Shown here: piece after piece, positions 61,440 to 64,000 of the stretch
Position numbering within the stretch: the first letter of the stretch is position 1
Layout of the letters: the number at the start of each line of letters is the position of its first letter
Source of the DNA: Lama guanicoe
Taxonomy: Eukaryota
NCBI GenBank assembly: GCA_013239625.1
Contig: MU056000.1
Span: 7,415,214-7,479,213, forward strand
Length of the DNA: 64,000 nt
Direction: 5' to 3'
Position numbers and translations under genes: made by a program
Notes under the pieces: model-generated
Databases searched by the model: none
Told to the model about the DNA's origin: nothing
Seen by the model: the letters and a program-made list of their open reading frames with translations, nothing else

Positions 61440-62165
61440 TTTAGAAAAATTGTTTACCTTTTAAACCATTTTTAATTGTGCAATTCAGTGCCATTAAGTG
61501 GATTCGCACTGTTATGTTATGTAAGCATCCCCATTATCCACTTCCATGACTTTTTCATCATCCTCAACAGACCCTGTACCTATTAAACAGTAACTCCCCA
61601 CTACCCCTTCCCAAGCCCCTGCTAACTGCTGGTCTTCCTTCTGTCCTGNNNNNNNNNNNNNNNNNNNNNNNNNNNNNNNNNNNNNNNNNNNNNNNNNNNN
61701 NNNNNNNNNNNNNNNNNNNNNNNNNNNNNNNNNNNNNNNNNNNNNNNNNNNNNNNNNNNNNNNNNNNNNNNNNNNNNNNNNNNNNNNNNNNNNNNNNNNN
61801 NNNNNNNNNNNNNNNNNNNNNNNNNNNNNNNNNNNNNNNNNNNNNNNNNNNNNNNNNNNNNNNNNNNNNNNNNNNNNNNNNNNNNNNNNNNNNNNNNNNN
61901 NNNNAACATGTGCGTAAGCTCTCATGTGGACACATGGAAATACACCTTCATTTCTTTGGGTAGATCTCTAGGAGTGGGATTGCCGGGTCACATAATAATT
62001 GTCCTCATCTTTTAGAAGGACTCCCTGATGGCGGTCTGCCATTGCAGGTTCCCTCCAGCAATGCATAAGGGTTCAATTTCTCCCCATCTTCACCACATGT
62101 TATTATTATTATTATTTTATAGCAGCCATCCTAATGGGTGTGAAGTGCTATCACATTGTGATTAG
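61440..62165 (-). mobile_element. L1M 3' region spanning an N-gap
   Basis: ttttaattgtgcaattcagtgccattaagt...ctaggagtgggattgccgggtcaca...gcagccatcctaatgggtgtgaagtgctatcacattgtg. Confidence 0.8.
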
Positions 62166-63017
62166 ATTTAGCAACTAATTTTAAGAATAAGCTTCCTTGC
62201 AGCAAAGAATAATAAATACCGATCTGTACCAATCATTTAAGGTTTTTATGACATAAAGCTCCTCCTCCCAAAGTCTTCTTGCCTCTAAAACTGACAAGGC
62301 CGTAATTGACTATAAGGATATATGACAGCTTCCTGGGAAAAGATGACAGAAGGCTGGCCTCTCACGTTGTAATCGAGAATGATTATTTCCTTGGTATGGC
62401 AGAGTGCGTGTGTGCTGTGGGTTTTCATCAGGCTTGGCCAAAGGGCCCCGAGCTCAATGCCTTTTCCATCTACAATTAAGAACATCTAAAACTGGTAAAC
62501 GATTGTTCATTACATTTATACAGTGAAAACACTTTCTAAACTTGAGCTACGGCAGCATAAATTCACGAGCCCCGGGAAAGCGTCTACCCTCAAAGCCGTG
62601 TTTGCAAAAACACACGCATTATAAATTCCATTAGGGTTCCGTGCAAAACGCAACCTACATTTCCAAGATTCTATAAACTGTGATAGCGGCTTTGAGGATT
62701 TATTTAATCTGATGAGAATCATTCTGACAGATGTGGTTTTGAAGAAGCCACATGACTTTCTCTCGGGAAACAGAGACAGTGAAAAATATCATGCCTGCCC
62801 TCCCCGCATCCCCAGGCCTTTCCAGTTTCTGAAAACCATACTTCTTTAAATTGAGAGGGACTGCAAGCAGGATGGAATTAGTGGGGATCAGAGCCCTGGT
62901 GACACTTCTTACACATCAGCAGAAACCGTTGCTTCATCACACCTTGCCTGTGCAGCTGCCAAGTGTTTGGTGCATGTAGGTTTCCAGTGTTCACCTGTCA
63001 AGGACCACGTCACATTC

Positions 63018-63226
63018 TTTTTTTTTTTTTTGATGGTTTAAAAAAAAATTGAAGTTAAGTCAACTTACAATGTTATGTTAATTTCTGGTGTACAGCATAG
63101 TGATTCAGTTACACGTATATATATTCTTTTTCATCATAGGCTATTACAAGCTATCGAATATGGTTCCCTGTGCTGGACAGTAGGACCTTGTTGTTTATCT
63201 ATTTATATATAGTAGTGTGTATCTGC
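63018..63226 (-). mobile_element. L1 3'-end fragment
   Basis: Poly-T followed by caacttacaatgttatgttaatttctggtgtacagcatagtgattcagtt...gaatatggttccctgtgct. Confidence 0.75.
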
Positions 63227-63273
63227 ACATTCATAACAGGGTCATTTTTCCTTAACAAGTTTCCTATTCTTTA

Positions 63274-63375
63274 GAGAAGGAGGGCATAGTTCAGGGGTAG
63301 AGTGCATGCTTAGCACATGTGAGATCTCTGGTACCTCCATTAAAATAAATAAATAAACCTAAACAAACAAACAAC
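63274..63375 (+). mobile_element. vic-1-like SINE with an internal (B-box) deletion
   Basis: Perfect 15-bp TSD gtttcctattcttta at 63259-63273 and 63376-63390. The head lacks the cctgggttcaatccc segment. Confidence 0.85.
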
Positions 63376-63552
63376 GTTTCCTATTCTTTATTTTCCTAAA
63401 TTTCCTTGATGAGTAAGGTTTATGCCTTACTGACATTCTCAGAAAAAGCAGAAGGCAGGACAGACACCAGAAATGCTTAGTGAGCAAGCATGTGACCCTG
63501 TGACATGCAGGCGTCTTCACGACTGAGTTTTGATGACTTTAAATGTAAGTCC

Positions 63553-64000
63553 CGGACAGCAGCATGTAAAACATTGAAGCTAGAACACTCCCTTACACCA
63601 TATACAAAAATCAACTCAAAATGGATTAAAGACTTAAACATAAGACAAGATACAATAAACCTCCTAGAGGAAAACATAGGCAAAACATTATCTGACATAC
63701 ATTTCAAAAATTTTCTCCTAGAAGAAATAAAAGCAAGAATAAACAAATGGGACCTAATGAAACTTACAAGCTTCTGCACAGCAAAGGAAACCAGAAGTAA
63801 AACAAGAAGAAAACCTACGGAATGGGAGAAAATTTTTGCAAGTGAAACCGACAAAGGCTTGATCTCCAGAATATATAAGCAGCTCATACGACTCAATAAG
63901 AAAAAAATAAACAACCCAATCCAAAAATGGGCAGAAGACCTAAACAAGCAATTCTCCAAGGAAGACATACAAATGATCAAAAAGCACATGAAAAAATGCT
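63553..64000 (+). mobile_element. 5'-truncated young L1, ORF2 C-terminal region (runs off the window end)
   Basis: Uninterrupted frame [43 protein letters not shown]...[18 protein letters not shown]...WEKIFA...[22 protein letters not shown], matching L1 ORF2. Confidence 0.92.

Overview
Mammalian genomic DNA, most likely from a camelid (alpaca, camel or llama), judged from six copies of a short tRNA-derived SINE that looks like the Camelidae vic-1 family. Two genes face each other tail-to-tail, matching my recollection of the human chr5p15.2 order. ANKRD33B is on the + strand: coding exons 2, 3 and 4 at 9065-9194, 24486-24626 and 32779-33608, then a probable ~6 kb 3'UTR; exon 1 lies upstream of the window. 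DAP (death-associated protein 1) is on the - strand: exons 3 and 4 at 57418-57376 and 55825-55712, with a poly(A) signal near 54030; exons 1-2 lie beyond the window end. The rest is intronic or intergenic and rich in transposon relics (MLT1/MLT2, MER21, MER31, MER34-like and ERV1-type LTRs, MER20/MER58 hAT elements, L1, L2, MIR, SINEs), with seven short N-gaps. Almost all other ORFs in the supplied track are chance ORFs or repeat-derived. I see no convincing new multi-gene system. The best leads are: an open alternative frame in DAP exon 4, reached by exon-3 skipping and escaping NMD; a competing poison acceptor before ANKRD33B exon 3; a SINE carrying an extra 3' segment inside a perfect TSD; a 60-bp local duplication; a minisatellite born from a MER58 end; a 3'UTR G-quadruplex; and an orphan NRF1/E-box CpG element between the genes. 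Repeat family names come from recalled consensus sequences, and repeat boundaries are approximate.
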